From assembly GCA_008690995.1 (NCBI GenBank), contig VRMN01000011.1, forward strand, positions 434,001 to 498,000: 64,000 nucleotides of DNA, read 5' to 3'. Of this stretch, positions 56,101 through 64,000 are shown in pieces. The notes beneath the pieces are model-generated. The model saw only the letters and a program-made list of their open reading frames with translations. It was not told where the DNA came from and ran no database searches. The stretch is from Porphyridium purpureum. Taxonomy: Eukaryota. A program made the position numbers and the translations under genes. Numbering within the stretch: the first letter of the stretch is position 1; every line of letters begins with the position of its first letter.

Positions 56101-56708
56101 TTCTGCTGTTTGCGCTGGCATCCAAGGGCCCGCTCGAAATTGACTTTGTGAATGTGGCTGCGTCAATCATGAACGACATTTCCAAGCGCATTTCGACTGA
56201 CCTGTTTGACCGCGATGATGTCACGGATGCGATGATCCACCACGTGCATGACGTGTTCTACCGCGCTGCGTTCTTGCAGGCGGACTTGAGTGGATTCTCG
56301 GTGCTTCTGGAGCTGTCGAACATGGGTCTTTTGGATGAGGATATGGACCCGGATGTCCGTAACCCTAAATCTGGCGAATCTGCGCAGGATGTGAAGCGCT
56401 CTGAGAAAGCGGATGCAGGCGACGCTGCAGTGTTTGACTTCAATCCCTACGATGCGTATGCGATTGTGATTCTGATGCATCTCATCGATAAGCTGACAGC
56501 CAAGGCCGACTTGATGCTCGCGGCGTCGCCAGTGCGACCACAGTTCGGGCGTGCCGGGGCACGCGACGGGCAGCGGATCTGCTCGGTCAGTCATCTTCGG
56601 GATGTGTTCCAAGTCGGTGTCAGCGTGTCGGTTCAGCAAAAGGAGAAGAACCTGTTGAACGTATTTGCGTTAGCGAATACTTATCAGTACGGCCGCTTTG
56701 ACGACTAG
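53181..56708 (+). CDS. CLEC16A / TT9-like FPL-domain protein (endosomal trafficking)
   Basis: QVYQALAISIQ, DEDILYLYLSCMKTI, FFN and YDHEDGIVRTAVRNITL are typical of the FPL domain. Confidence 0.8.
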   Translation: MSSSGQENMVPSAPVSGRPGLLERWVRSRTKLMDFFSLSAPSATGAAGGAADATAASSAKSGSAARRKEHALIRSRSKSHAEVVGRSASAPPSHLGSARNLFAAEAHDEPEDDGAQNGVSTVSYQDLVSPKHRTTERENGNREDTSSLQKRAKEAAAPNGSTSGSQVMDGHNHDRSVLEQVGATQTGTAASLAVNPQIENGLVAREFVSVPGKVHPGTADRVKGDEQRTGGYEDSVGDETARASESKAAEALQPLFTANEAVYLVQTMSKYTELAQRHPNLVPRTLAATEQRSRARREALNRSGGTGVLTSEDEVLFQAELAAIHALREFADLVVWADRHRAEELWAALELVEVMPTMAHCLVVGSRDVIVQVYQALAISIQSVTETSSLARLFHSYDVTTTAIMCEFEVSDEDILYLYLSCMKTIAQRLDVGTMELLRFFFNQETKEMPIYSYSLRFYDHEDGIVRTAVRNITLCIFRLPVPELHDLIVTQSEDKRHYFRRFARYVSSMASTTRKLYARYRLHVLGQDRASSESGVRAQVPTVAKTPATTAMSARANSSNPLPEDGKASGSGATVQGVHGGDSGSTSATDAAHAKEARRLRNLFYDHVSEISNLFEYANEIMRVSREKLAPCLGAILVDDFFRSIIGVVARKGPQCQGSPSTQAQVASAALIFSIALQRITDQLLSQVLALETLAPQGQQRSKMTFCQGLKVFTAICEDETSLLIALNCFVFLLRDRIVTLEDLYSQGLMMTSSSRGDLVFDVTNLKARSAEDGDGTEPSVSFEQLAGEGGQGEGLSRGRGHAALPTPGEHYKRDVHDYDESVGGCTVDSRAASRCSSRAHLNASMSVSNLYDFDPHDLLWMSSPHNSSSQLLKTASLNARLVQLPNLKLGRSLGAGESETPTPQRKQMLSTASPSGQEGATWISSTQSAAATTSGAADAEHLEDAPLEEVLYTLFFYSHKLKSIRVFANAAFLLFALASKGPLEIDFVNVAASIMNDISKRISTDLFDRDDVTDAMIHHVHDVFYRAAFLQADLSGFSVLLELSNMGLLDEDMDPDVRNPKSGESAQDVKRSEKADAGDAAVFDFNPYDAYAIVILMHLIDKLTAKADLMLAASPVRPQFGRAGARDGQRICSVSHLRDVFQVGVSVSVQQKEKNLLNVFALANTYQYGRFDD

Positions 56709-57504
56709 GTCATGAGTGGCGTGCTTCTGGGGCTTTGTTTGGATGCGGCAAGCGAGACCAGTGTATGTACAATTCTTTTTGGTGTTTCGTCCCTCCTTGT
56801 AAAGAAAAGTCGCCGAGTTTTCGTCACGTGTAACTGGCGAATGCCAAGTCTTTTGTGTGTCAGCGCCACGCACGTTAGCGTGCGAGAATCGTGCCTGGAT
56901 AGTTTTTCTCCTGTCGGGGGGGAGGGAACGTCGCTTCGCTCCGGACGTGAGGGGAGGGATACAGTCTACTGTGTCACGCAGCGCGGAACAAGCCGTCGCT
57001 CCGGCATCACTCGTCGGAGCATGACTGGACGTAATTGAGCGTGTAGAACGGGAGAAAGCAACGAGCGCATGTGTGAGAGAAGAGGACGTGTCGCGGGGAA
57101 GGGCGGCTGGTTCTGCATCACAGTAATCAATCCCCGCGTGGCCCGGTGAGGTCGGTTGGCGGCGTGGAGCCCGATTCCGAGTGTGTCGTCATGGTCAACG
57201 ATCAGATTTGCGTCAACAGACCACCGAGCTCCATATTATCAGGCAGCAGCACAGTCGCGTTTCGAAGCCTTTCCAGGAGATTCCGCGTGTGGTTTATGAC
57301 CGTCTCATGTCTGATACGAGCCGAGTTTGCCTCACACAAAATATCTTCGTCGCGATCTGTGCACGCGCAGAACGGGGCCTGCGCATGCTCCTCGCTCACA
57401 CCCTCCCAACGGCGTTGATTCCAGGCTGGCACCTCACTCACAAGCCTCCCCCATGTATTTCTCCACCGAGTCGATTCAGGTGATGAGTCCGATAACGCCT
57501 TCCC

Positions 57505-57553
57505 GACCTCTGACCTCTAACCTCTGACCTCTGATTTCTGATTTCTGATTTTT
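57505..57553. repeat. Seven-unit heptamer minisatellite (GACCTCT grading to GATTTCT)
   Basis: gacctct gacctct aacctct gacctct gatttct gatttct gattttt. Confidence 0.85.
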
Positions 57554-58673
57554 TTCCTTGCCACCCTTTCATTTTCCGGCGCACATTCTCAGAAACAACT
57601 GAACACCCCGATTTTCCACCTTGGTAGAATCACAGAACTCTGTCAACTCCCTCGAATCGGTCGCATGATTGGAGCGCGGGAAGCGCCGCTGCGTGACGCG
57701 ATTGGCGCGTCGCGGTTGCGATCGCCGAATCAGATCCGAGCGCGTCCTCACCGATTCTACACCTCCACCACCGCCACCACCGCCACCACCCAGACAGGAG
57801 AACACTCGAGAAGATCCTCCTCCTCCTCCGCCAAGCATGATGATAATGTTGGCATTGATGAAAATGAAAATCCGGAGTCTAATGGTACAAGACCGCCGGA
57901 CAGATCTTTGCTTTTGCTTGATCCGCACGCACGCACATGAATAAGTCACCCGTGTGGTCGCAGCCAAACGGAGGTGAAAGGCGACGCGCAATATCATGGA
58001 TTCTATATGAACGGCGGTATGATCTGAGTAGAGCCCCAAGGTGGATAGGTTTCTCTGCCGGCGGGGAAAGAATCTCTGTAAAGAAGGCGCACGGGGGTGC
58101 GAATCCCGAAGGACCTTCCCTTGTGTGGGATTGTGCTGTTTTTGGTGCGTACGTGTGATTCGCATGCGCGCTGATGTGAAATGCAGGTGTTTTAGTAGGA
58201 GCGTGCGATGCAACTCCGTGTAACAACGTGCAAGAGGGGGGAGGCGGTTTTTGTGGCGGCACGCACACGCGTCTGTGTGGGAAAGTTGAAGGAAACCGCC
58301 CGCAAGCGCCTCTTCAAAGGCGGATGGCGCTCGGCGTCTAGTAAAACAATGCGTGTGTGTCACGGTGCACGTGTGTGTCCGTGTGTGCTTGTGTGTGCTT
58401 GTGTGGTATTTCGAGTTACCAGATTGGAGGCATAAAGACGCCTCCCAAAGAGCTAAAGGATAAGATACGAGACACGCAGAGAGGGAGAGGGAGAAGAACG
58501 GGCGAGAAAGAGAGAGAGAGAGAGAGAGAGGGCGTGAACAAGGAAGCCGACGGGACACGAAGAGGGAGGGAGAGGACGCGTGAAGAATAAGCGCGTGTGT
58601 TAGTTTGGACGAGGGGAGTGTGTGTGTGTGTTTTTCTTCTTTGGGCAACACGGGGAGGGTGTTGGAAAGGTGG

Positions 58674-59669
58674 ATGGACGGGTATGTGGGCGCGGGCACG
58701 GCGCACCAAAAGACAGTGAGAATGGCGGGCGTCGTGGGGAGTGCGGATGCGCACGGCGCGACGGAGCAGCAGCGTAGGTACGCGGGCGAATTGGCCGCAA
58801 AGCAGCAGCAGCTCAAGCGCGCGTACGCGTACGGCTCCGGCGCGGGCGGGCCAGCAACGGGCGCCTCGGCGCTGGACATGAGGCAGCAGCAACATGAACA
58901 GATGGCGAACATGGCCAGCGTTATGTTGCAAGGCGGCGAAGGAATGTACGCAACCAGCGCGCGCTTTGGCGGCTCTTCTGGGGCTCCGGCCACGTTCACA
59001 CAGCATCAGGGCGCCACGATGCTCGCCGGCTTGCAGGTAAATGGCGGCCCGAGTGTCGCAGGATCTGCCTCGGGACATGCGGCGATGCCGCAGCTTGGCC
59101 AGCACGGATCATTTGCAAATGGCGAGCAGTTTTCGCTGAGCTCCAGTCAGGACACGGGTACGGCAAATACGTCGAAGGCTGGTGGAGCGCTAAGCGCGGG
59201 CTCGCGCGTACGCAAGCCCTATCGCGTGACCAAGTCGCGCGAGGCGTGGACCACCGAGGAGCATCAGAGCTTTCTGGACGCGCTGCTGGAGCACGGGCGT
59301 GACTGGAAGCTTATTCAAAAACGAGTCAAGTCGAAGGATTTACAGCAGGTGCGCTCCCACGCGCAGAAATACTTTCTAAAGGTGCAGAAGAATAATACGG
59401 GCGAAGTCATCCCGCCCGCTCGCCCGAAGAGGAAGAGTGCACTGCCGTATCCGCGCAGCGCGAAGATGCAAACGCCTCAAGAACAAGAGCAACCACAGCG
59501 ACAAGAACAGCAACAGCAAGAACGCCACCAGCAGCAGATGGATCGATGCGGTGGGTCGCAAGGCAGTTTAAGCGAAGTGGCAGAACATCCTGTGGATTGG
59601 CAAGGCCTGCAGCGACAGCAGCGACTTCACCTTCAGTTTCAGCTACAACAGCAACAACAACAGCAACAA

Positions 59670-59701
<32 letters not shown>

Positions 59702-60593
59702 GCAGCAGCAACATCACTCATTCCAGCCGCAGGTGCAACAGGCAGACTGGAGTCATGTGACAATGGACCAGCTCGAGTTCAACTACATGTATCATGTCAG
59801 ACAAGGCATGCTGCTGAGAGAGGCCATGATTGAGCAGGAGCACCAGGCTCTGCAGGCACAGCAGCAACAACGAGCGATAGGCTGTGACATCGGAGTCGGG
59901 TCAGGGGCCGTACCGTGGACGATGTATCAGCCATCGCAGCCGACTGCAGCACCATCGAGCTCGGGAAGCCCATTCTCGATGAAGGGCACCCCGGCATACA
60001 CTGTTTCATTCGCTGGCACAGACGCAGGTTCGCAACCGAGTATGACAGCGCTTATGGAGGCTTCACGAATGCCTACACTGCTCGCGTACCAGATGCAGCA
60101 GCAGCAACAGCAGAAGCAGCAGCACCAGCAGGAGGCCATGAACTGCAATAGTACACCCAGCAGTATCTCGAGGCGCGCGGGCCAGGGATACCGCCAAGAG
60201 CAGGCTGATGAACATCAGATCGGCCCGGGCGCGGCGCACGTATACTCCGAGCTGTCTCTACCAATGACAGACCACGAAAGCAGTGCGCAGCGCTCGAGCG
60301 CCGACCCGTATACTCATCAGCACCAGCAGCTGCGTCAAAAGCAAGTGTTCAAGGTACCCAGTCTCTTATCCTCAGGGGCCTTTTCCTACCTGGGGTGCGG
60401 CAGCGTATCATCCCTGGCCGAGCCGGAATCTGCGAGGGCGTTTCGAAGGAGACAGAGCATGGAGAGCGAGCATGTCGACGCTACTGCGGCAGCGCGAGAG
60501 TGCCTGCGCTCGGACGGTGTGTTTGTACAGCAGACCGACATTGCAGAGTTGTCAGACGCGGCAGCTTCGTTGCAACAGTTTGCGCATCAATGA
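58674..60593 (+). CDS. MYB-related SHAQKYF transcription factor, REVEILLE/LCL-like, with polyQ
   Basis: [18 protein letters not shown]...[13 protein letters not shown]...[10 protein letters not shown]; long CAA/CAG tract at ~59645-59712. Confidence 0.92.
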
Positions 60594-60887
60594 TGATTCT
60601 CGCAGTCCTCGAAAGAGCGACCAAGAGGACAGCTATACCCAGCCCACGATCGATGAAAGATGGGACAGTCGGACGCTTTACCATGACTGTGAATGAGAGG
60701 GCATCGAACGACGACACTTTCTTTATTTTTTCTTCAAGTAGACCACATTGTAATTTGAAAGCGATTTTGTAAATGTGAACTGCATGGTCTGAAATCCATT
60801 CCGTACCTTGGGGCCCTGTTTGCTCTGAAAGTTTATTGTTTTCATCAATTAAACCCTTCGCGGCTGCCTGCCAAAGGCTACGCCTCG

Positions 60888-63800
60888 TCACCAGTCGCGC
60901 GACTCGACGTCCAATCGAAGAGAAAATAACGAGTCAAAGTCTGCTTCCTGCGGATCGTCCGGCAAAGGGCCTAAGCATTCATCATCTGTATTGCGATGAG
61001 CATTTTTCACGGCATCTGGACAGCCCATTTCAAGCCCAGCCTCTCGTTCCACTTCTCTGCGGGACCGAAACAACGAGTTCGCGTGGCCAGAATCGCTGAA
61101 GTTTTGAAGCTTCTGCGGAGCTTTATCAGGCGCGGCTCCAACAGGCATCTTCATGACAGTCATATATCCGGATCCTAGGCGAGGCTCACAAGCGTAACTA
61201 GCGAAGGCATCGGTCGACACATTATTGTCGTCTCTTTCGCTCGCATCGAGTATCTGTTTTGGCTGTGCAAGGCTTGTCAGTCGTTGCCCAATGACCTTGT
61301 GCGGAGTCTGTGGCTCATCTATGTCCAGCTCTTCTCTGTGCCGTTTACGCTCATCCGACTTGGCTGAGTGGAAATTCAATCTTCTCGCAATCGGGCTCGA
61401 TGATGCCTTTCTGGGCCCTGCGCCGATTTCGGGAGTGCTGACTGGATCCGGCTTTGAATCACTGGTGTCGGTCATTTCAAGCTGCTCAGACTTCTTCTTC
61501 AAGCATGCGGGCATTGGCGCCGAGTCGGGTCCTCGAACTCGTCCCTTTCCTTGACCCTTTCCTTGCCCCGTTCCTTGTCCCTTTTCTTGTCCCTTTTCTT
61601 GTCCCTGTGCGGACAAAATAGCGGGCGATGAAAGAGGTTGAGGAAGCAACTCATCATTCTGTAGAGATTCTGGCCGTTCGCCTCCTAGAATTTTCTTTCC
61701 ACTTCCGCGAGGACGCCCTCGTCCTCGCTTCACGCTGGTGCCATGCACGGACGCAGGGTTGTAGTCCGGATCCACTACAGCCTGATTGAAGGGGAGACGG
61801 TCTCGCAATTCTTGTTCCAGTCGCGACTGCGCCGACAAATGTTTTTCGGCCTTTCTCCCGCGTGGCCGTCCTCGACTGTTCTTCGCAGCCGGTACGGATA
61901 TCGAATGCTTCAAAATAGAGGTTTTTGCTTCGCATAGTTCTCGATTCGCTTCGTGTTCGACGCGACGTGTGCTTTCCTTGCTGCCCACGTCTAGGCCTCT
62001 GAGTTTGGCGACATCACGCTGCACCGGCGTCCGACCCGCGATTGGCTTCGTGACGCGAGACATGAGCTTGTCCGGACGCACCAATGCAAACTCACTCTCG
62101 TCAAGTTCCGGTTCGCGCCAAGCACCTTTGACATTTCGCAGCAAGAAGGGCAGGCGCGGGCCCAGCAACAACAGAGCACCATTTGCATTCGCTTCCCTAT
62201 GTCTTGGCAACTTTCCGCACACCAGCACGGGTCGCTTATGTACATACCACCTAAACTTCAAGCCCAGAACACTAGCACGACTCTTCCTCCATTTCGACCT
62301 GTCGAGGAGACCAAGCTCAAAGTTTTTCTTGACAGACATTTGCACACCTTCCCTAGACATGCAACGCGCCCTGCGCGAAAAAATAAATTCCGTGTCCGGG
62401 CCAAGTCCAGTGGCAAACGAGTGAGGGGCGTCCAGTATGCGATCCGGCGTGGAATTAGACCCTTTGCTTCTCACGTCCTGCTTCTTTCTCTTCTTCCTAA
62501 CATTCGAATCTTCCTCATCAGCCTTTCTCGGCGACTTATGACTTCCATCATAATGCTCGCGGTGGGCCGCGCACAAAATGCTTGACCCATCCTGCAACAG
62601 AAAGCACTTGGCTGCGAAAAGACAACGCCTATGAAACGATTTGCGGCACGCGCCGAGTAGACATCCAATCGTCGCGCCGCGCTCGTGACAATGATGGCAT
62701 TTGAGTCGCCGGCCGCGTCTATATGCAGCTATGACGTTTGTCAGCTCCTCACCAGCGTCGTCTTCACTACCAGCGTCTCCAAGATCCACGGTGCACACTT
62801 CTGGCGCGAGAGCGGCGCAGTTGTAGTGTACAAAGATTGGCGGTTTGCCCACTTCTAAACGGTACGGGCCCACCAAGTCCTCTGCGGCAATGCTCCTCTC
62901 TCTGGGAGTCATCGGCGAGGCCGCCGGGCAAAGTGCACACGAGCGCCGTTCAACAGGAACCTCAATGTTCACTATCGAGTCTGGGTCAATTAGTGAAGTT
63001 GACTTGATGCGTTTCTTGCTACTTGAACTGATCAATACATGATCATCCGCCAACTTTTCCCTCGTCGATGGAGACGTGGAACTTTCAGGGCGCGACAGAG
63101 CAGCCGCTAGCGGACTCGCAAGCTCCTGGCTACGACCCAACTCGAGCCGGGGTTTGTGAGATGTCAAGGCTCCACTGAACGCGGGTGCTTGTCGTTTCCA
63201 GTGTCCCTGCATTTCTGAAAAAGCCTTCGTGACGTGCTGATGCTTTCCATGAAGCACAAAGTCTTCGTCATCGTCGTCGTCGCTTTCAGAGTTAATATGA
63301 TTCTCCTCGGACGCACGAAGAGAATTCAAAGGATGAAAAGAGTCGTTGTTTCTCACAGGCAGCTTTGCCTTTGTCGGCGAAGTAAGAATCTCTGCATCAT
63401 TAAAAAAGTCTCGAGGTTCCTTGACATGCTCACGAACCCGCCGCGCTTTGTTGACGGGAGCCAAAGCATCGCGAGGAAGAGCTGGCTCTGAAGCTGTCGA
63501 TTGTCTGCAAATAATCTCTTTCGGCTTCAGAAATATGTTTGCTTCGTCTGCGCTCCCTGGAGGCGGCAGGGGCGCAAAAGAAGTACCTTCTCGACCGAGT
63601 TGCCTTGAACCAGGGATCGGTGCCCTTCCTGCATCAGGGACTGATGAGCATACTGGCAAACCGGAGGACGCCAAAACCACTTCTTCATATTCTGTCCCTG
63701 ACGAAGAAGAAAGACAGGGTGTTGCCTTGCCAGTTTCAAGAGCAATTCCTCTCCCTGCGCCTCCTCGGCTTGCAGTTGCCACGTCTTGGACAGAGGTTGA

Positions 63801-63956
63801 AAGACTTATTGATCGACAGCTTCTGGGCGCATTTGGTAGTTGCAGAGGGCTAATCTTGCGCCTAGATGTTAATTTGGCCTGGTCTCTACGTGCCTTCGAT
63901 TCCGGGACCGTCGGCTCCGTTTCGAGCTCGCGATGGGGTTCGCTTGCGGCCGACAT
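60888..63956 (-). CDS. Extended-PHD (zf-HC5HC2H) chromatin protein with AT-hooks
   Basis: CALC...VHYNCA...PEV...RGRRLKCHHC...GATIGC...C.KSFH..C...CAAH, and two GRPRG AT-hooks. Confidence 0.85.
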   Translation of the reverse strand: MSAASEPHRELETEPTVPESKARRDQAKLTSRRKISPLQLPNAPRSCRSISLSTSVQDVATASRGGAGRGIALETGKATPCLSSSSGTEYEEVVLASSGLPVCSSVPDAGRAPIPGSRQLGREGTSFAPLPPPGSADEANIFLKPKEIICRQSTASEPALPRDALAPVNKARRVREHVKEPRDFFNDAEILTSPTKAKLPVRNNDSFHPLNSLRASEENHINSESDDDDDEDFVLHGKHQHVTKAFSEMQGHWKRQAPAFSGALTSHKPRLELGRSQELASPLAAALSRPESSTSPSTREKLADDHVLISSSSKKRIKSTSLIDPDSIVNIEVPVERRSCALCPAASPMTPRERSIAAEDLVGPYRLEVGKPPIFVHYNCAALAPEVCTVDLGDAGSEDDAGEELTNVIAAYRRGRRLKCHHCHERGATIGCLLGACRKSFHRRCLFAAKCFLLQDGSSILCAAHREHYDGSHKSPRKADEEDSNVRKKRKKQDVRSKGSNSTPDRILDAPHSFATGLGPDTEFIFSRRARCMSREGVQMSVKKNFELGLLDRSKWRKSRASVLGLKFRWYVHKRPVLVCGKLPRHREANANGALLLLGPRLPFLLRNVKGAWREPELDESEFALVRPDKLMSRVTKPIAGRTPVQRDVAKLRGLDVGSKESTRRVEHEANRELCEAKTSILKHSISVPAAKNSRGRPRGRKAEKHLSAQSRLEQELRDRLPFNQAVVDPDYNPASVHGTSVKRGRGRPRGSGKKILGGERPESLQNDELLPQPLSSPAILSAQGQEKGQEKGQGTGQGKGQGKGRVRGPDSAPMPACLKKKSEQLEMTDTSDSKPDPVSTPEIGAGPRKASSSPIARRLNFHSAKSDERKRHREELDIDEPQTPHKVIGQRLTSLAQPKQILDASERDDNNVSTDAFASYACEPRLGSGYMTVMKMPVGAAPDKAPQKLQNFSDSGHANSLFRSRREVEREAGLEMGCPDAVKNAHRNTDDECLGPLPDDPQEADFDSLFSLRLDVESRDW

Positions 63957-64000
63957 AGCAGCGCGAAAACCCGCTGGTTTCGCTTTCCGTACTTTAGTGC

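Noticed and set aside
57569..58999. 476-aa minus-strand ORF upstream of and overlapping the MYB gene
   Set aside because: It translates through microsatellites (SLSLSL, HTHT, polyG), so it is likely spurious.
61543..61608. 12-bp tandem repeat
   Set aside because: It only encodes the low-complexity GQEK/GQGK linker of the ePHD protein.

Overview
Gene-dense eukaryotic nuclear DNA with moderately high GC. About 28 credible protein-coding genes each read as one uninterrupted ORF. The gene set (PLATZ, SHAQKYF-MYB, divergent beta-tubulin, a CBM48 protein without a transit peptide, a plastid-targeted PurM) and the lack of introns suggest a unicellular red alga such as Porphyridium; this is inference, not verified. 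Genes in order: P5C reductase, two tandem secreted Cys-rich jelly-roll paralogs, TRM61, mS26-like, beta-tubulin, an unknown Ser-rich protein, TAF1B/Rrn7-like, DPP8/9, bZIP, PLATZ, CBM48 protein, SMARCAL1/ZRANB3-like helicase, SLC35B-type transporter, stand-alone LOV protein, a bacterial-type kinase + M23 + class-III aminotransferase fusion, EF-hand protein, nucleotide-sugar transporter, C2-like protein, uL24m, SDH6-like, RAY1-like GT77, an inverted LITAF pair, Bacteroidetes-type PurM, CLEC16A/FPL, RVE-like MYB and an ePHD/AT-hook protein. The left end may be a decayed Ty1/copia relic. I saw no rRNA, tRNA or CRISPR array. The most notable observations are a recurring, clustered ACTGTAC/GTACAGT motif upstream of many genes, the tri-domain fusion (likely HGT) immediately behind the LOV gene, an SDH6-like protein, and G-quadruplex motifs about 30 nt before two start codons. 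All family calls come from motif recognition by eye; no database searches were run.
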